Part shown: positions 63,012 to 64,000 of the stretch, one piece after another
Layout: each line of letters begins with the position of its first letter
Position numbering within the stretch: position 1 is the stretch's first letter
NCBI GenBank assembly: GCA_963662585.1
Contig: OY759729.1
Span: 2,176,001-2,240,000, forward strand
Source: Candidatus Cloacimonadales bacterium
Lineage (GTDB): Bacteria; Cloacimonadota; Cloacimonadia; Cloacimonadales; JAFGVF01
Direction of reading: 5' to 3'
Length of the DNA: 64,000 bases
Made by a program: the position numbers and the translations under genes
The notes under the pieces: model-generated
What the model saw: the letters and a program-made list of their open reading frames with translations, nothing else
Databases searched by the model: none
What the model was told of the DNA's origin: nothing

Positions 63012-64000
63012 CAGACTGTGTGAAAATAGATATGTCAACATGTATAAATGTTTAATTAATGTATTTATTTTCTTGACAAACAGAACATTATATTTATATT
63101 GGAAACATAAATATAGGAGAAATATTATGGACTATAAACAAGGCAAAGACAGACATCAAATTCAGTTTTTAACCTATGATTCTTTAATAGGAGAAAATCA
63201 CCTTGTAAGAGTACTAGATCACTTTATAGACGGGCTCGATCTAGAGAAGTTTAATTTTACCTACACAAAACCAAAACGAGTTGGTAGAAAAGCTTATAAT
63301 CCTAAATTCATGTTAAAATTGTATGTCTATGGATATCTTAGAGGAATTGTATCAAGTCGAAAATTAGAGTTAGCTACTCACGAAAATATTCCATTTATAT
63401 GGCTAATGAAAGAACTAAAACCTGATTTTAAAACAATAGCTGATTTCAGAAAAAACAATGTAAAAAATATTAAATCCGTATTTATGGAATTCAATAAATA
63501 CTCGGTATATATGAATTTAATTGACTTTGAATTATTAGCTATAGATGGTACTTTTATTGATGCAGTTAACCATAATTCTAAAAATATATCAATAAACAAA
63601 ATAAACACAATTTTGAAGAAAATAGAAGCTAAATTTGATACATTTAATGAACAATATTCGACTAATGACAAAGAACAAGAATCAAAAAATGATAAAAATG
63701 AGCAACATTTAGAAAGTATTGAAAAATTAAAAGAAAAAGAAGAGTTTTATTTAAACTTAAAACAAGAGTTAAAGGATAAGGGTTTAACACAAATTTCATA
63801 TACAGATCCAGATAGTCGAATGATGCAAAAAGATGGAAGCAAGAGAGATGTATCGTATAATTGCCAAAGCGTAACAGACTCTAAAAACAATTTATTGTTA
63901 ATGGTTGATGCCTGTAGTGATAATACAGATGCGAAGCAACTTTACAGGATGTCTTCATTAACCAAAGAAGCCTATAATTTGTCAGAATTTTCAGTTGTCG
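63012..64000 (+). mobile_element. IS1182-family insertion sequence, copy 2 (runs off the window; transposase starts at 63127)
   Basis: Matches copy 1 from the left IR CAGACTGTGTGAAA onward at an offset of 12443, with no difference seen by eye. Confidence 0.93.

Overview
AT-rich bacterial chromosome window. The style of the secreted proteins (FlgD/T9SS-type tails, SprA-like barrel) suggests an FCB-group organism, probably Cloacimonadota; this is an inference. Housekeeping core: rocD, gcvT-like, an M29 aminopeptidase, aroK, blc, pgk, then rlmH-(small OadG-like ORF)-rsmG-parA-parB followed by a complete Na+-type F1Fo atp operon. The operon encodes a normal 81-aa c subunit plus a triplicated 250-aa c subunit whose ion sites are partly degenerate, implying a hybrid rotor. 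Accessory content: an unexplained three-gene membrane/Zn-ribbon/beta-helix operon upstream of a degenerate SF1 helicase-PLD gene, an 884-aa HEXXH orphan, GLUG proteins, and two giant divergent lamin-tail-domain surface proteins (CotH kinase; endonuclease I) that share a C-terminal domain. Mobile DNA: an amber-inactivated IS4 with a 14-bp target duplication, a lone IS200-like Y1 transposase between 72-bp inverted repeats, and two matching IS1182 copies inserted at the same nucleotide of a REP-like hairpin. Many intergenic regions are mosaics of recurring palindromic repeat modules with compensatory stem changes. No rRNA, tRNA or CRISPR array was seen. All calls come from reading the sequence; no searches were run.
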